A stretch of DNA of 64,000 bases from an uncultured Clostridia bacterium (GCA_944384415.1 CALWTF010000009.1:30191-94190); one strand, 5' to 3'. Counted from the first letter of the stretch, positions 22,254 through 32,535 are shown. Notes: generated by a model from the sequence alone, not told the origin. Translations and numbers: made by a program.

Positions 22254-22291
22254 GGCAAAATAAGAGAAAACATACGAAAAGGAGAAATAAA

Positions 22292-24445
22292 ATGATAAAA
22301 CTAGTTTTGAAAAGAGATGGAACTTATCAAACATTTAATAAGCAAAAAATAGCAGATGCAATTTTTAAAGCAGCTGTAGCTTGTAATGGTTCAGATTATG
22401 ATGTGGCTAAGTCATTAGCTGACCGTGTAGAGTTGGCGTTACAAAATAAATACGGTGAAAGGGTTCCAACTGTTGAACAAATTCAAGACTTAGTTGAATA
22501 TACATTAATTGATAACCGACATTCACAAACTGCAAAAGCATATATTTTGTATCGTGAAAAGAGAAAATCTGCTCGAGAAACAAATGCTTTAGTAGGTGCA
22601 ACAATTGACCTTTTTGATAAATATATAGAAGAAAAAGATTGGAGAACTAAAGAAAATTCTAATATGCAACGCTCAGTTGCTGGTTTAAACAATTTTGTGA
22701 GAGAAGAATTTACAAAACACTATTGGTTAAATGAAGTTTATCCAGTTGACATTAGAGAAGCTCATTTAAGTGGTGCTTTGCATATACATGATTTGGGTTT
22801 TTTTGGCTCATATTGTGTAGGTTGGGATTTAAACCAGTTATTAACCTTGGGCTTTACTGGTGTTGAAGGAAAAATTTCAAGTGCACCTGCAAAACATTTG
22901 CGTTCTTTTTTGGGGCAAATTACTAATGCAACATTTACTTTACAAGGTGAAAGTGCTGGCGCACAAGCTTGGAGTAGTTTTGACACCTATTGTGCACCTT
23001 TTATAGCATATGATAACTTATCATATGAAGAGGTAAAGCAAGCATTACAAGGTTGGTTGTTTAATATGAATGTTGCAACTCGTGTTGGATTTCAATGTCC
23101 TTTTAGTAATGTTACTTTAGATATCAAGGTGCCAAGACTTTTAAAAGACCGTCCTGTTATAATAGGCGGTAAACCACAAGATAGAACATATGGTGAATTC
23201 CAAAAAGAAATGGATATGTTCAATATGGCATTTTGTGAAGTTATGATGGCAGGTGATAGTAAAGGGCGTATATTTACTTTTCCTATTCCAACTATTAATA
23301 TAACAAAAGATTTAGATTGGAATACTCCTGTTATGGATGCAGTTATGGATATGACTTGTAAATATGGAATTCCTTATTTTGCAAATTATGTGAACAGTGA
23401 TTTAAGTCCTGAAGATGCTGTTTCAATGTGTTGCAGACTTCGTTTAAATGTTAGTGAATTGCGAAAAAGAGGTGGTGGATTATTTGGTTCAAGCCCTTTA
23501 ACTGGTTCAATTGGTGTTGTTACAATCAATTTACCTAGAATTGGTTATTTATCAAGTTCAAAAGAAGAATTTTTTGAAAGATTGGGTAAATTAGCTGATT
23601 TGGCGAAGAATTCTTTGGAAATAAAAAGAAAAATAGTTGAACAACAAACTGAAAATGGTTTGTATCCATATTCTCGTTTTTACTTAAAAACAGTATATGA
23701 CCGTTCAGGACAATATTGGGCAAATCACTTTAATACTATTGGTATTGTTGGAATGAATGAATGTTTGCTTAATTTTTTAAAAACCGATTTAACTACTGAT
23801 GAAGGACAAAAATTTGCTCTTGAAGTTATGCACTTTTTGCGTAATAAAATGATTGAATATCAGAAAGAAACAGGTCATCAATATAATTTAGAAGCAACAC
23901 CAGCTGAAGGAACTGCTCCAAGATTAGCAAGGTTAGATAAGGCTAGATTTCCAGATATTATTACAGCAGGTAAAGAAGAACCATACTACACAAATTCCAC
24001 ACAATTACCAGTTGATTTCTCTGATGACATTTTTAAGGTAATTAGTTTACAAGATGAATTGCAATCTTTGTATACAGGCGGAACAGTTCTTCATTTATAT
24101 TTAGGTGAAAGAGTTTCTGACAGAGAAACTTGTAAAAAACTTTTGCAAAAAATATTTAATACAAGTAAAATGCCATACATAAGTATAACACCTACTTTTA
24201 GCATTTGCCCAGTACACGGATATGTTACAGGCGAACACTTTAATTGTCCAACTTGTGGTGCTAAAAGTGAGGTATGGACTAGAGTAGTTGGTTATTTCAG
24301 ATGTGTTCACGACTTTAATAAGAGTAAACAAGAGGAATATCATGACCGAGTAAAATTCAAAATTAATTTAGACCAATTATCTAATGATGAAAAAGAACAA
24401 TTACAAAAGGAAATGGCAAATGGCGAAGTAAGTGCTTGTTGCTAA
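22292..24445 (+). CDS. nrdD: anaerobic ribonucleoside-triphosphate reductase
   Basis: N-terminal ATP-cone, class III core, C-terminal Zn site CP..G...CPTCG and the glycyl-radical motif RVVGYFR. AAAGGAG RBS before the ATG at 22292. Confidence 0.93.
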   Translation: MIKLVLKRDGTYQTFNKQKIADAIFKAAVACNGSDYDVAKSLADRVELALQNKYGERVPTVEQIQDLVEYTLIDNRHSQTAKAYILYREKRKSARETNALVGATIDLFDKYIEEKDWRTKENSNMQRSVAGLNNFVREEFTKHYWLNEVYPVDIREAHLSGALHIHDLGFFGSYCVGWDLNQLLTLGFTGVEGKISSAPAKHLRSFLGQITNATFTLQGESAGAQAWSSFDTYCAPFIAYDNLSYEEVKQALQGWLFNMNVATRVGFQCPFSNVTLDIKVPRLLKDRPVIIGGKPQDRTYGEFQKEMDMFNMAFCEVMMAGDSKGRIFTFPIPTINITKDLDWNTPVMDAVMDMTCKYGIPYFANYVNSDLSPEDAVSMCCRLRLNVSELRKRGGGLFGSSPLTGSIGVVTINLPRIGYLSSSKEEFFERLGKLADLAKNSLEIKRKIVEQQTENGLYPYSRFYLKTVYDRSGQYWANHFNTIGIVGMNECLLNFLKTDLTTDEGQKFALEVMHFLRNKMIEYQKETGHQYNLEATPAEGTAPRLARLDKARFPDIITAGKEEPYYTNSTQLPVDFSDDIFKVISLQDELQSLYTGGTVLHLYLGERVSDRETCKKLLQKIFNTSKMPYISITPTFSICPVHGYVTGEHFNCPTCGAKSEVWTRVVGYFRCVHDFNKSKQEEYHDRVKFKINLDQLSNDEKEQLQKEMANGEVSACC

Positions 24446-24456
24446 AATGAAAATTT

Positions 24457-25131
24457 ATGAAAATTCATAGTTATCTTAAAACCTCTTTAATAGATTATCC
24501 AGCTCATTTAGCTTGTGTAATTTTTAGTTGTGGTTGCAATTGGAATTGTTGGTATTGTTTAAACCAAGATATGATTAATTTTTCACAAACAGGTAATGTT
24601 CAAGAAAATGAAATATTACAATTTTTAGATGAACGAAAAAATTTTTTAGACGGAGTTGTTTTGTGCGGTGGTGAACCAACTTTACAACCTGATTTGGAAA
24701 ACTTTATTTTAAAGATAAAAAATTTAGGTTATGATGTAAAATTAGATACTAATGGAACAAATCCAGATATATTAAAAAATTTAATAGAAAAAAACTTGAT
24801 AGATTATGTTGCAATGGATATAAAAGCGCCATTAGAAGAATATGAGAAAATAGTTGGAAAAAACACTTGTATTGATAAAGTGAAAAAAAGTATTAATTTA
24901 TTAAAATCTAATTTAATTGATTATGAATTCAGAACAACTTGTGCAACAAATTTAACAGAAGAAGATTTGTATAAAATTTCTGAACAAATAAGTGGTTCAA
25001 AAGTATGGTATTTACAGCGTTTTATTGTTCCTGAAAAATTTAAAAATAATAACTTACATCCTTATTCTGAACAACAATTGTTGGAAATTTCTAAAAGGTG
25101 TAATAAAAATGTTTTAACAAAAGTAAGATAA
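24457..25131 (+). CDS. nrdG: anaerobic RNR activating protein (radical SAM)
   Basis: CNWNCWYC radical-SAM cluster motif and GGEPTL; lies immediately downstream of nrdD. Confidence 0.9.
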   Translation: MKIHSYLKTSLIDYPAHLACVIFSCGCNWNCWYCLNQDMINFSQTGNVQENEILQFLDERKNFLDGVVLCGGEPTLQPDLENFILKIKNLGYDVKLDTNGTNPDILKNLIEKNLIDYVAMDIKAPLEEYEKIVGKNTCIDKVKKSINLLKSNLIDYEFRTTCATNLTEEDLYKISEQISGSKVWYLQRFIVPEKFKNNNLHPYSEQQLLEISKRCNKNVLTKVR

Positions 25132-25155
25132 ACCAAACATAGTTTGGTTTTTTCT
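25130..25155 (+). terminator. rho-independent terminator after nrdG
   Basis: aaccaaac-ata-gtttggtt followed by TTTT. Confidence 0.7.
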
Positions 25156-25237
25156 TATAAATATAAAATTTTGATTGTCAAATTTGTTTAATAATGCTAA
25201 AATAGATTTGCTAGTAAATTCAAACAAGGGGAATTAA

Positions 25238-25786
25238 ATGAAATCTAACATAGCTTTAATTTGTCAACTTCCACAATATAATAAATGTATAACAAAGTTA
25301 TTAAGTGATAAACTAGAAATGTTTTTTGTTGATGTTGAAGAAATGATTGATTTTGAATTAGGTGATGTTGAACACATTATTGATATTCTTGGTAGTAAAG
25401 ATGGTAAAAAGTTTATACGGGGAAGTGAGGTTAAAGTTGTAAAAAATATTTCTAGTTTTGAAAACACTGTAATAAGTGTTAGTCCTCAACTTATGTTCTC
25501 TAATAAAAATTTTGATAGAATTTCTAAAACTAGTTATGTGGTTTATTTACAAATAGCCCCAAAATATTTTAGAACAAGGGCTGTTGACTGTAATGATGAA
25601 TATAACGAAACTTTATTAAACACTGCCTTTACTGAGCGTGATAAATTATATGTAGAATCAAGTGATATTGTAGTAAATTGTTCAAATTATAAGCCTCAAA
25701 AAGCATTAAAAAAAGTTTTGGCAAGCATTAACACTTTTTTCAAAAAACTTGCTAAAGAAAAGAAAAAAGCTAATAGAAATAAATAG
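25238..25786 (+). CDS. shikimate-kinase-like protein with a degenerate P-loop (probable pseudo-kinase)
   Basis: By-eye collinearity with AroK: NIALI..., LSDKLEMFFVDVEEMI, FIRGSEVKVV, YVVYL, ERDKLYVESSDIVV. The Walker A GxxGxGKS is replaced by CQLPQYNKC. Confidence 0.5.
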   Translation: MKSNIALICQLPQYNKCITKLLSDKLEMFFVDVEEMIDFELGDVEHIIDILGSKDGKKFIRGSEVKVVKNISSFENTVISVSPQLMFSNKNFDRISKTSYVVYLQIAPKYFRTRAVDCNDEYNETLLNTAFTERDKLYVESSDIVVNCSNYKPQKALKKVLASINTFFKKLAKEKKKANRNK

Positions 25787-25843
25787 CTTTTTCTGTTTTA
25801 TTAAACAAGTTTATTTTTAGTTAAGATAAAAGGAGTATTTTTT

Positions 25844-27808
25844 ATGCTGTTGATTCAAAATAAAGTTGTAAATACTTTAAGAAAATTATCAGTTGAACAA
25901 ATCACAAGAGCTAATTCTGGTCACCCTGGTGTTGCTTTGGGGGCTGCTCCAATTTTATTTTCAATTTATAATTCTGGAGCAACTTATTCTGTAAAAAATC
26001 CTAATTGGTTTAATCGTGATAGGATTGTGGTTTCTGGTGGACATGCAAGTAGTTTAATTTATTCTACATTACATTTGTTTGGTTTTGATTTATCAATTAA
26101 AGATTTAAGAAATTTTAGACAAGTTGGTTCTATAACACCTGGACATCCAGAATATGATGTTACTCCTGGTGTTGATGCTTCGACAGGGGCATTAGGACAA
26201 GGATTTGCAAACGCTGTAGGAATGGCTATTGCAGAAGCACATTTATGTGCAAAATATAATACTGATAATTTAAAAATATGCAATCACTATACTTTTGTTG
26301 TTTGTGGTGATGGTGATTTGATGGAGGGTGTAGCATATGAAAGTGCAGCTTTAGCAGGTCATCTTAAATTAAATAAATTAATTGCTTTATATGATAGTAA
26401 CAATATCAGTTTAGATGGTGAAACAAACATTTCTACTTCTGAAAATGTGGGTTTAACTTTTAAATCTATGGGGTGGAATGTTATTACAGTTAAAGATGGT
26501 AATAACTATCTTTTTATTGAAAAAGCAATAAAAAAGGCAAAAAAATCTAAAACAAAACCAACATTGATAATTTGTAAAACGACAATAGGTTATGCTAGTG
26601 AATTGGCTGGTAGTAATTTGTGTCATGGTAAACCTTTTAATATGCAACAAACAATAGAAATTTGTGATAGATTAAAAGTTAATCAAATTCCTTTTGAAGT
26701 AGATGCAGATGTTTATCAGTATTGTAAAAAAATTTCAGATAATAACTTGCAAAAAGAAAAACAATGGGAAAATGTAAAAGAGCAATATAAAAAACAATTT
26801 AAAGAAAAATATAATGAGTTGTTTGGTTCTAATGTTGAAAAAACCATAAAAGAAATAAATAAAATGCATTTTGAAAAAGATATGGCAACTAGAGATGCAA
26901 GTAAAGAAATTTTAAATAAAATAGCAGAATTTGAGACAAATATTTTTGGCGGGTGTGCTGACCTTTCTAGTGCGACCAAGGCAATTATAAAAAATGACGA
27001 ATGGTTTAGTTCACAAAATTTAAAAGCAAGAAACATTGCTTTTGGTGTTCGTGAACATGCAATGATAGGTTGTGCTAATGGAATGGCGTTACATGGTGGA
27101 ATAAAACCATTTGTTTCAACATTTTTGGTGTTTTCAGATTATTGTAAATATGCAATAAGAATGTCTGCTATGATGCAACTTCCTTTACTTTATATATTTA
27201 CTCATGATAGTATTGCTGTTGGGGAAGATGGTGCAACACATCAACCAGTTGAGCATTTAGAAGGTTTGCGTATGATACCACATCTTAATGTTTTTCGTCC
27301 TGCTGATGCTGTTGAAACTGTTGCTGGTTATCAATTATGGTTAGAACAAAGAATTCCTGTTGTAATGGCATTAAGCCGACAAACCTTACCTTTATTAAAA
27401 AATTCAAACGCAAATAATGCTTTAAAGGGAGGATATGTTATTGAAAAAGAAAGCGGTGATAAACCAGATATTGTTTTGATTGCAACGGGTAGCGAAGTTT
27501 CTTTATGCGTTAATGTGAAAGAAAAATTAGAAAAATTAAATATTAATACAAGAGTGGTTAGTATGCCTTGTAGAGAAATATTTAACAAACAAGATGATAA
27601 ATATAAACATTCAGTTTTGTCTGATTGTGAAAACAGAATTTCTGTTGAAGCGGGTGTAACCAATGGTTGGGCAAGTTTGGTAGGAGAAAAAGGAAAATCA
27701 ATTGGCATTAACACATTTGGTGAAAGTGGTTCGGCTCAAGATGTTGCTGAATTGTTTGGTTTAACTGAGGATAATATAATAAAAATTGTTAAAAAAATTA
27801 CAAAATAA
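25844..27808 (+). CDS. tkt: transketolase
   Basis: RANSGHPG, GDGDLMEG and HDSIAVGEDGATHQP motifs. Confidence 0.94.
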   Translation: MLLIQNKVVNTLRKLSVEQITRANSGHPGVALGAAPILFSIYNSGATYSVKNPNWFNRDRIVVSGGHASSLIYSTLHLFGFDLSIKDLRNFRQVGSITPGHPEYDVTPGVDASTGALGQGFANAVGMAIAEAHLCAKYNTDNLKICNHYTFVVCGDGDLMEGVAYESAALAGHLKLNKLIALYDSNNISLDGETNISTSENVGLTFKSMGWNVITVKDGNNYLFIEKAIKKAKKSKTKPTLIICKTTIGYASELAGSNLCHGKPFNMQQTIEICDRLKVNQIPFEVDADVYQYCKKISDNNLQKEKQWENVKEQYKKQFKEKYNELFGSNVEKTIKEINKMHFEKDMATRDASKEILNKIAEFETNIFGGCADLSSATKAIIKNDEWFSSQNLKARNIAFGVREHAMIGCANGMALHGGIKPFVSTFLVFSDYCKYAIRMSAMMQLPLLYIFTHDSIAVGEDGATHQPVEHLEGLRMIPHLNVFRPADAVETVAGYQLWLEQRIPVVMALSRQTLPLLKNSNANNALKGGYVIEKESGDKPDIVLIATGSEVSLCVNVKEKLEKLNINTRVVSMPCREIFNKQDDKYKHSVLSDCENRISVEAGVTNGWASLVGEKGKSIGINTFGESGSAQDVAELFGLTEDNIIKIVKKITK

Positions 27809-27877
27809 GTTATATTTTAAATAAAAAAGCACTATTTATATTAGTGTCTTTTTTTATTTTATTTTAAAGGGGAAATT

Positions 27878-28120
27878 ATGCGTGAACCATCAATGGATTT
27901 ACAAGAGATAAAAAACAAAATAATAAATTTAAAGGGCCGAGATATTGAAATGGCAGTAAATCAAGGAAGAAAAAAAATTTTAAAATATCAAGGTGTGATA
28001 GAAGACACTTATCCAAGTGTTTTTGTTGTGAGGGTTAGAAATAAACCAAACACAGAAAAAATGTCGTGTTCTTATACAGATGTTTTGTGTGGAGATGTAA
28101 AAATTGCAATAAAAAAATAA
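27878..28120 (+). CDS. veg: Veg family protein
   Basis: G.IEDTYPSVFVV...SCSYTD is characteristic of Veg (DUF1021). Confidence 0.85.
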   Translation: MREPSMDLQEIKNKIINLKGRDIEMAVNQGRKKILKYQGVIEDTYPSVFVVRVRNKPNTEKMSCSYTDVLCGDVKIAIKK

Positions 28121-28186
28121 TTCTAGTCATAAATTAAAGTTTTAAACAATACATTATAACAATAAGTTTTTCAAGGAGGAAGCGAA

Positions 28187-29722
28187 ATGCCTTTTGAACC
28201 TTCATTATCACAAATTGATACTAAATATAAGAAAATGTTAGGTGTTGCAAATGCGCAGTCAAGCATTGTATTAACTGCTACTAATGATGTAAAAATAAAC
28301 AAAGTTTTATCTGTTAGTGCATTACCGTGTATTGAAAATATTAATTTAAGTAATGGTACTGTTACAATAGAAGGAAAAGTAAATGCTCAAGCACTTGTTA
28401 GAACAACTGAAAAACAATTTGTAACATTATATGCTACAGGTTCGTTTTCTTCCGTTTTTAACAATGCTTCAATACAACCAGATGGTAAAATATTTTGTTG
28501 TAGCAAATTATTGAATATAGAAAATATTATTGCATCAGAAAATTCAATCAACTTTGTCGTTCAAGTTGAAATTGATGTTGAAGCAATTTTACAACAATCA
28601 ATAAACTTTTTGCAAAATGCGGGAACTGCTCAACAAAAAATGGGGGAAATGAGATATTCAAACATTATTGCTACATTAAGTGACAAATTTGAAATTTCAC
28701 AGGAAATTGAAACTCCTACATCTATTTCTCAAATTGTTGGTGTTGAAAGCACTGCTATTTTAGATAGTGTATCATCTGCTGATGATATGGCTATTTTAAA
28801 GGGGCAAATTTGTAGTAATTTAATTTATTTAAGTAATGATGAAGTTCCTAAATTAAAATGTCAAAATTATCAATATGATTTTAACCAAGAAATTTTGTTA
28901 ACTGGTGTTAAATCAGATGATAAAATATGTGGTTGTTTACAACTTTGTAATTATGATTATGAAGTACAAGGTGAATTGGGAAGTTCTAAAGCTGTTTTAA
29001 ATTTAAAAAATAATTTTAAGTTTAATTTATATGCCGAAAGAGAGGATATGCTTGAAGTAGTTGTTGATGCATATTGTCCTAAATATGAACTGAATTTAAG
29101 CTATCAAAGTTTTATTAATCAAAATATACTATGTAAAAAACAAGTGACAGATAAAATAGATGGAAGTGTCATTTTAGATGATGAGTCGGTAAGAATTGAT
29201 AAAGTTATAGGAACTTCATCTGCATATGTAGTAACTAAAAAAGTAAATATTCTTGAAGAGGCTGTGCAAATTTCTGGAACTGTTTATACAAATGTTATTT
29301 ATCTATTAGATGATGATGATAACACTTTACAATCTATCCAGGTTGAATTGCCTTTTGATAGCATTGTAGAGTGTGAAAAAATAAATTCTAATAGTATTGT
29401 AAAAACTTTTGTTAATGTTAAAGATGTTGAAGCAAGAAATAAAAAATCAAAAGAAATTGATGTATTAGCAGATTTAATTGTTAATATTGTTGCAATTGAA
29501 GAAAAAGATATGGCAACTTTATCTGATATTCAGTTGGGTGATAAAAGGAAAAGTGATGGCAATTCTATGAGTATTTATGTAGTTAATAATGCTGAAGATG
29601 TTTGGTCTGTTGGAAAAATGTTATTAGTTGAACCAGATTTAATTTTAAAGCAAAACCCAGAACTTAAATTTCCTATAGAAAAACCTACTCAAATTTTAAT
29701 CTATAGACAAAACAATATTTAA
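28187..29722 (+). CDS. conserved sporulation-associated protein, possibly DUF3794/SPOCS-domain
   Basis: The ORF has a strong RBS (AAGGAGGAAG). Internally repeated beta-rich modules resemble clostridial DUF3794 proteins. The functional call comes from memory of the family only. Confidence 0.4.
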   Translation: MPFEPSLSQIDTKYKKMLGVANAQSSIVLTATNDVKINKVLSVSALPCIENINLSNGTVTIEGKVNAQALVRTTEKQFVTLYATGSFSSVFNNASIQPDGKIFCCSKLLNIENIIASENSINFVVQVEIDVEAILQQSINFLQNAGTAQQKMGEMRYSNIIATLSDKFEISQEIETPTSISQIVGVESTAILDSVSSADDMAILKGQICSNLIYLSNDEVPKLKCQNYQYDFNQEILLTGVKSDDKICGCLQLCNYDYEVQGELGSSKAVLNLKNNFKFNLYAEREDMLEVVVDAYCPKYELNLSYQSFINQNILCKKQVTDKIDGSVILDDESVRIDKVIGTSSAYVVTKKVNILEEAVQISGTVYTNVIYLLDDDDNTLQSIQVELPFDSIVECEKINSNSIVKTFVNVKDVEARNKKSKEIDVLADLIVNIVAIEEKDMATLSDIQLGDKRKSDGNSMSIYVVNNAEDVWSVGKMLLVEPDLILKQNPELKFPIEKPTQILIYRQNNI

Positions 29723-29737
29723 TAGAAAAATCAATAT

Positions 29738-29778
29738 AAAAACACTTGAAATAAATAAAATTCAAGTGTTTTTTTGCA
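29738..29778 (+). terminator. rho-independent terminator
   Basis: aaaaacacttgaa-loop-ttcaagtgttttttt. Confidence 0.75.
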
Positions 29779-29838
29779 TATTTGTGATTAAATAAAAATT
29801 TTTTGTAAATAATTTAAAACACAAGTGAGGTGTTTTAT

Positions 29839-30396
29839 ATGAAAAATTTTACAATAATTTGTTTTGTGTTTGCTTCTTTTTTAGGGCTTATAGGTTTGTT
29901 TATTTGTTTACCCAGTACTCAATTAAATACTAATATTATCGATTGTAATGATTTTTTAAGAATTCATATCAGAGCTAATTCTAATTCACAAATTGACCAA
30001 AGCATAAAATATGAAGTAAAAGATGCCTTGGTAGAAGTTATTACACCACTATTGGTTGATGCTGACACAAAAGAAAAATCAATGTGTATAATTTCGCAAA
30101 ATTTGAATATGCTAACGACAACTGCTAACAATGTTTTGGCAAATAATGGATTTAATTATTTAGCAAGTTGTAGTTTAAGACAAGAAGAATTTCCTACTCG
30201 AACATATAATGGTGTAACATTAGAAACTGGTTTATATGATGCTTTAATTGTAGAGTTAGGATCTGCTATTGGAAATAATTGGTGGTGTGTTGTTTATCCT
30301 CCACTATGTTTTGTAAATAGTGATAATCAAAGTGATGAAATTGTTTATAAATCAAAACTTGTTGAAATAATTGAAAAATTTTTTAATAAGGGGTAA
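29839..30396 (+). CDS. spoIIR: stage II sporulation protein R
   Basis: Signal anchor, then LRIHIRANSNSQIDQSIKYEVKDAL (the SpoIIR LR.HV.ANSD...DQ motif) and NWWCVVYPPLCF. Confidence 0.85.
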   Translation: MKNFTIICFVFASFLGLIGLFICLPSTQLNTNIIDCNDFLRIHIRANSNSQIDQSIKYEVKDALVEVITPLLVDADTKEKSMCIISQNLNMLTTTANNVLANNGFNYLASCSLRQEEFPTRTYNGVTLETGLYDALIVELGSAIGNNWWCVVYPPLCFVNSDNQSDEIVYKSKLVEIIEKFFNKG

Positions 30397-30398
30397 GA

Positions 30399-31073
30399 AT
30401 GGTTAAAATTTTTTCAAAAAAATTAACATTAGTTTTGATTTTAATGATGATTTTTTGTATCGGAACTTTGTGTTTTATTCAACCAAGTATAAGTTATGAT
30501 AATGACATTCAGGTTGAAGCAGGTTTAACAACTAATCAAATAAAAACAGTTCAAACAAAACTAAAGAACTGGGGTTACTATACCGGTTCAGTAGATGGTA
30601 TTTATGGACCAAAAACTAGGGCGGCTGTTATTAAATTCCAACAAAAAAATAATTTAGTAGCAGATGGAATAGTGGGTAGTAAAACTGCTGCTGCACTTGG
30701 TATGTCTTTAACCTCACAAACTAGTAGCGATTTATATCTTCTTGCTAAATGTATTTATGCTGAAGCCAGGGGAGAACCTTATGCAGGTCAAGTAGCTGTT
30801 GGTGCTGTTATTTTAAATCGAGTAAAAAGTTCAAGTTTTCCAAATACTATTTCTGGTGTAATTTATCAGCCATATGCTTTTACAGCGGTTGCTGATGGGC
30901 AAATTAATTTAGAACCTAATGATACTGCATACAATGCAGCCCGTGATGCCTTAAACGGTTGGGATCCTTCCTATGGTGCTTTATATTATTATAACCCTAG
31001 TACGGCAACAAGTTCTTGGATTTGGTCTAGAACAGTTTTAGTTACAATTGGTAAGCATAAATTTGCAATTTAA
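30399..31073 (+). CDS. sleB: spore cortex-lytic enzyme SleB-type cell wall hydrolase
   Basis: PG_binding_1 repeat (LKNWGYYTGSVDGIYGPKTRAAVIKFQ) plus the Hydrolase_2 motif (AEARGEPYAGQVAVGAVILNRV). Confidence 0.88.
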   Translation: MVKIFSKKLTLVLILMMIFCIGTLCFIQPSISYDNDIQVEAGLTTNQIKTVQTKLKNWGYYTGSVDGIYGPKTRAAVIKFQQKNNLVADGIVGSKTAAALGMSLTSQTSSDLYLLAKCIYAEARGEPYAGQVAVGAVILNRVKSSSFPNTISGVIYQPYAFTAVADGQINLEPNDTAYNAARDALNGWDPSYGALYYYNPSTATSSWIWSRTVLVTIGKHKFAI

Positions 31074-31083
31074 GGAGGATATT

Positions 31084-32409
31084 ATGAAAAAAATAAATGT
31101 TGTAATAACTGTTTTTTCTATATTGACAGCTACATGTTTAATAGCTTTAGGTATAGTTTGGGGTGTTCAAGCAGGACAAGTTAACAGTTTAAAAACTCAA
31201 CTTGAAAATGTTTATCAAAATAATTTTTATGAATTAACTGATAATGTTAATAATATTGAATCTAATTTAAGTAAATTAACTGTTTCAACTGAAAAACAAT
31301 TACAAGAAGATTGTTTAAGCGATGTGATAACTCAATGTAATAATGCTCAAGCAAATTTATCTGCATTGCCTTTAAAACAAGATGTTTTAGATGATGCTAC
31401 AAACTTTGTAAATCAATTAGGTGGATATACATATATTTTGCGTCAACAATTAATTAATGGTGAAGAACTTACACTTGATGATATTGACCAACTTGTTGCA
31501 ATGAATGAAGTTTGTTTACAAATTAAATATGAATTAAATAGATTAGCTTTAAAAATTGCACAAGGTTATTCAATTGTAGATAATAGTACTTCAAATTTAG
31601 AAAATAGTACTTTTAATAATGAATGGGGTGGATTAGGTGGAGAAATAATTAAGTATCCTCAATTAATTTATGATGGTCCATTTAGTGATTCTGTTCAAAA
31701 TCGCGAAGTAAAAGGATTACCTTCTGAATTGATAACTGAAACAGAAGCAAAATTGTTAGTTGAAAAATGGTTTAATACTTATAATGTTAATTCAAATGGT
31801 GAAAGTGCTGGTGGTAATTTTGAAACTTGGAATTTTTCGGTAGAAAAAAATGGTGTAAATGGTTATGTGCAAGTTACTAAACAAGGTGGTTTATTGCTTC
31901 AATTTGCATTAGATGATAATCCAAGCAGTGATAGCAAAACCATTAGAGAGTGCGAAGTTTTAGCTGAAGAATTCGCAAAACAAGTAAATTTTGAAGATAC
32001 TAGATGTGTTTGGTCTACTCAGTCTGGAAATTATGTTTTATGTAATTTAGTGTATGTTCAAGATGATGTAGATATTTATCCAGATATGATAAAAGTAAAA
32101 GTAAATAAAGACACTGGAGAAATTGTTGGTTGGGAAGCTAGAAGTTGGGCATTTAATCATCAAATAAGAACCGATTTAAAACCTGAAATATCTTTAGAAA
32201 AGGCAAAAGAAAAAGTTGATTCTTCACTTGATATTATGACTTCTAAATTATGTGTGGTTCCTCAGGATTATGTGGGTGAAAAATTGGCATATGAATTTAA
32301 GTGTGTAAGTGGAGAAGCTGTGTATTATATATATGTTGATGCATTAACAGGTTCGCAGTTTAGAATTTTAAAAATAGTTCAAACAGATGATGGAAATTTA
32401 TTAATATAA
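31084..32409 (+). CDS. ypeB: germination protein YpeB
   Basis: N-terminal TM, a long helical region and C-terminal PepSY-like repeats; lies directly downstream of sleB. AAGGAGG RBS before the ATG at 31084. Confidence 0.8.
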   Translation: MKKINVVITVFSILTATCLIALGIVWGVQAGQVNSLKTQLENVYQNNFYELTDNVNNIESNLSKLTVSTEKQLQEDCLSDVITQCNNAQANLSALPLKQDVLDDATNFVNQLGGYTYILRQQLINGEELTLDDIDQLVAMNEVCLQIKYELNRLALKIAQGYSIVDNSTSNLENSTFNNEWGGLGGEIIKYPQLIYDGPFSDSVQNREVKGLPSELITETEAKLLVEKWFNTYNVNSNGESAGGNFETWNFSVEKNGVNGYVQVTKQGGLLLQFALDDNPSSDSKTIRECEVLAEEFAKQVNFEDTRCVWSTQSGNYVLCNLVYVQDDVDIYPDMIKVKVNKDTGEIVGWEARSWAFNHQIRTDLKPEISLEKAKEKVDSSLDIMTSKLCVVPQDYVGEKLAYEFKCVSGEAVYYIYVDALTGSQFRILKIVQTDDGNLLI

Positions 32410-32499
32410 AAATGCAAAAAAAATGTATATAATTTTAAAAAAAGCACATAATTATATATGTAAAAACTTTGATGTAAATATAAATACACTGGTTTTTAC

Positions 32500-32535
32500 A
32501 AAAACACAAGTCGAATTGACTTGTGTTTTTTATTT
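32500..32535 (+). terminator. rho-independent terminator after ypeB
   Basis: aaaaacacaagtc-gaatt-gacttgtgtttttt. Confidence 0.75.

Noticed and set aside
29723-29838. Sigma-F/G-type forespore promoter upstream of spoIIR (TGCATA element at about 29773-29778)
   Set aside because: Only the -35-like TGCATA is present. I could not find a properly spaced GGnnAnAnT or CATAnTA -10, so no promoter is called.
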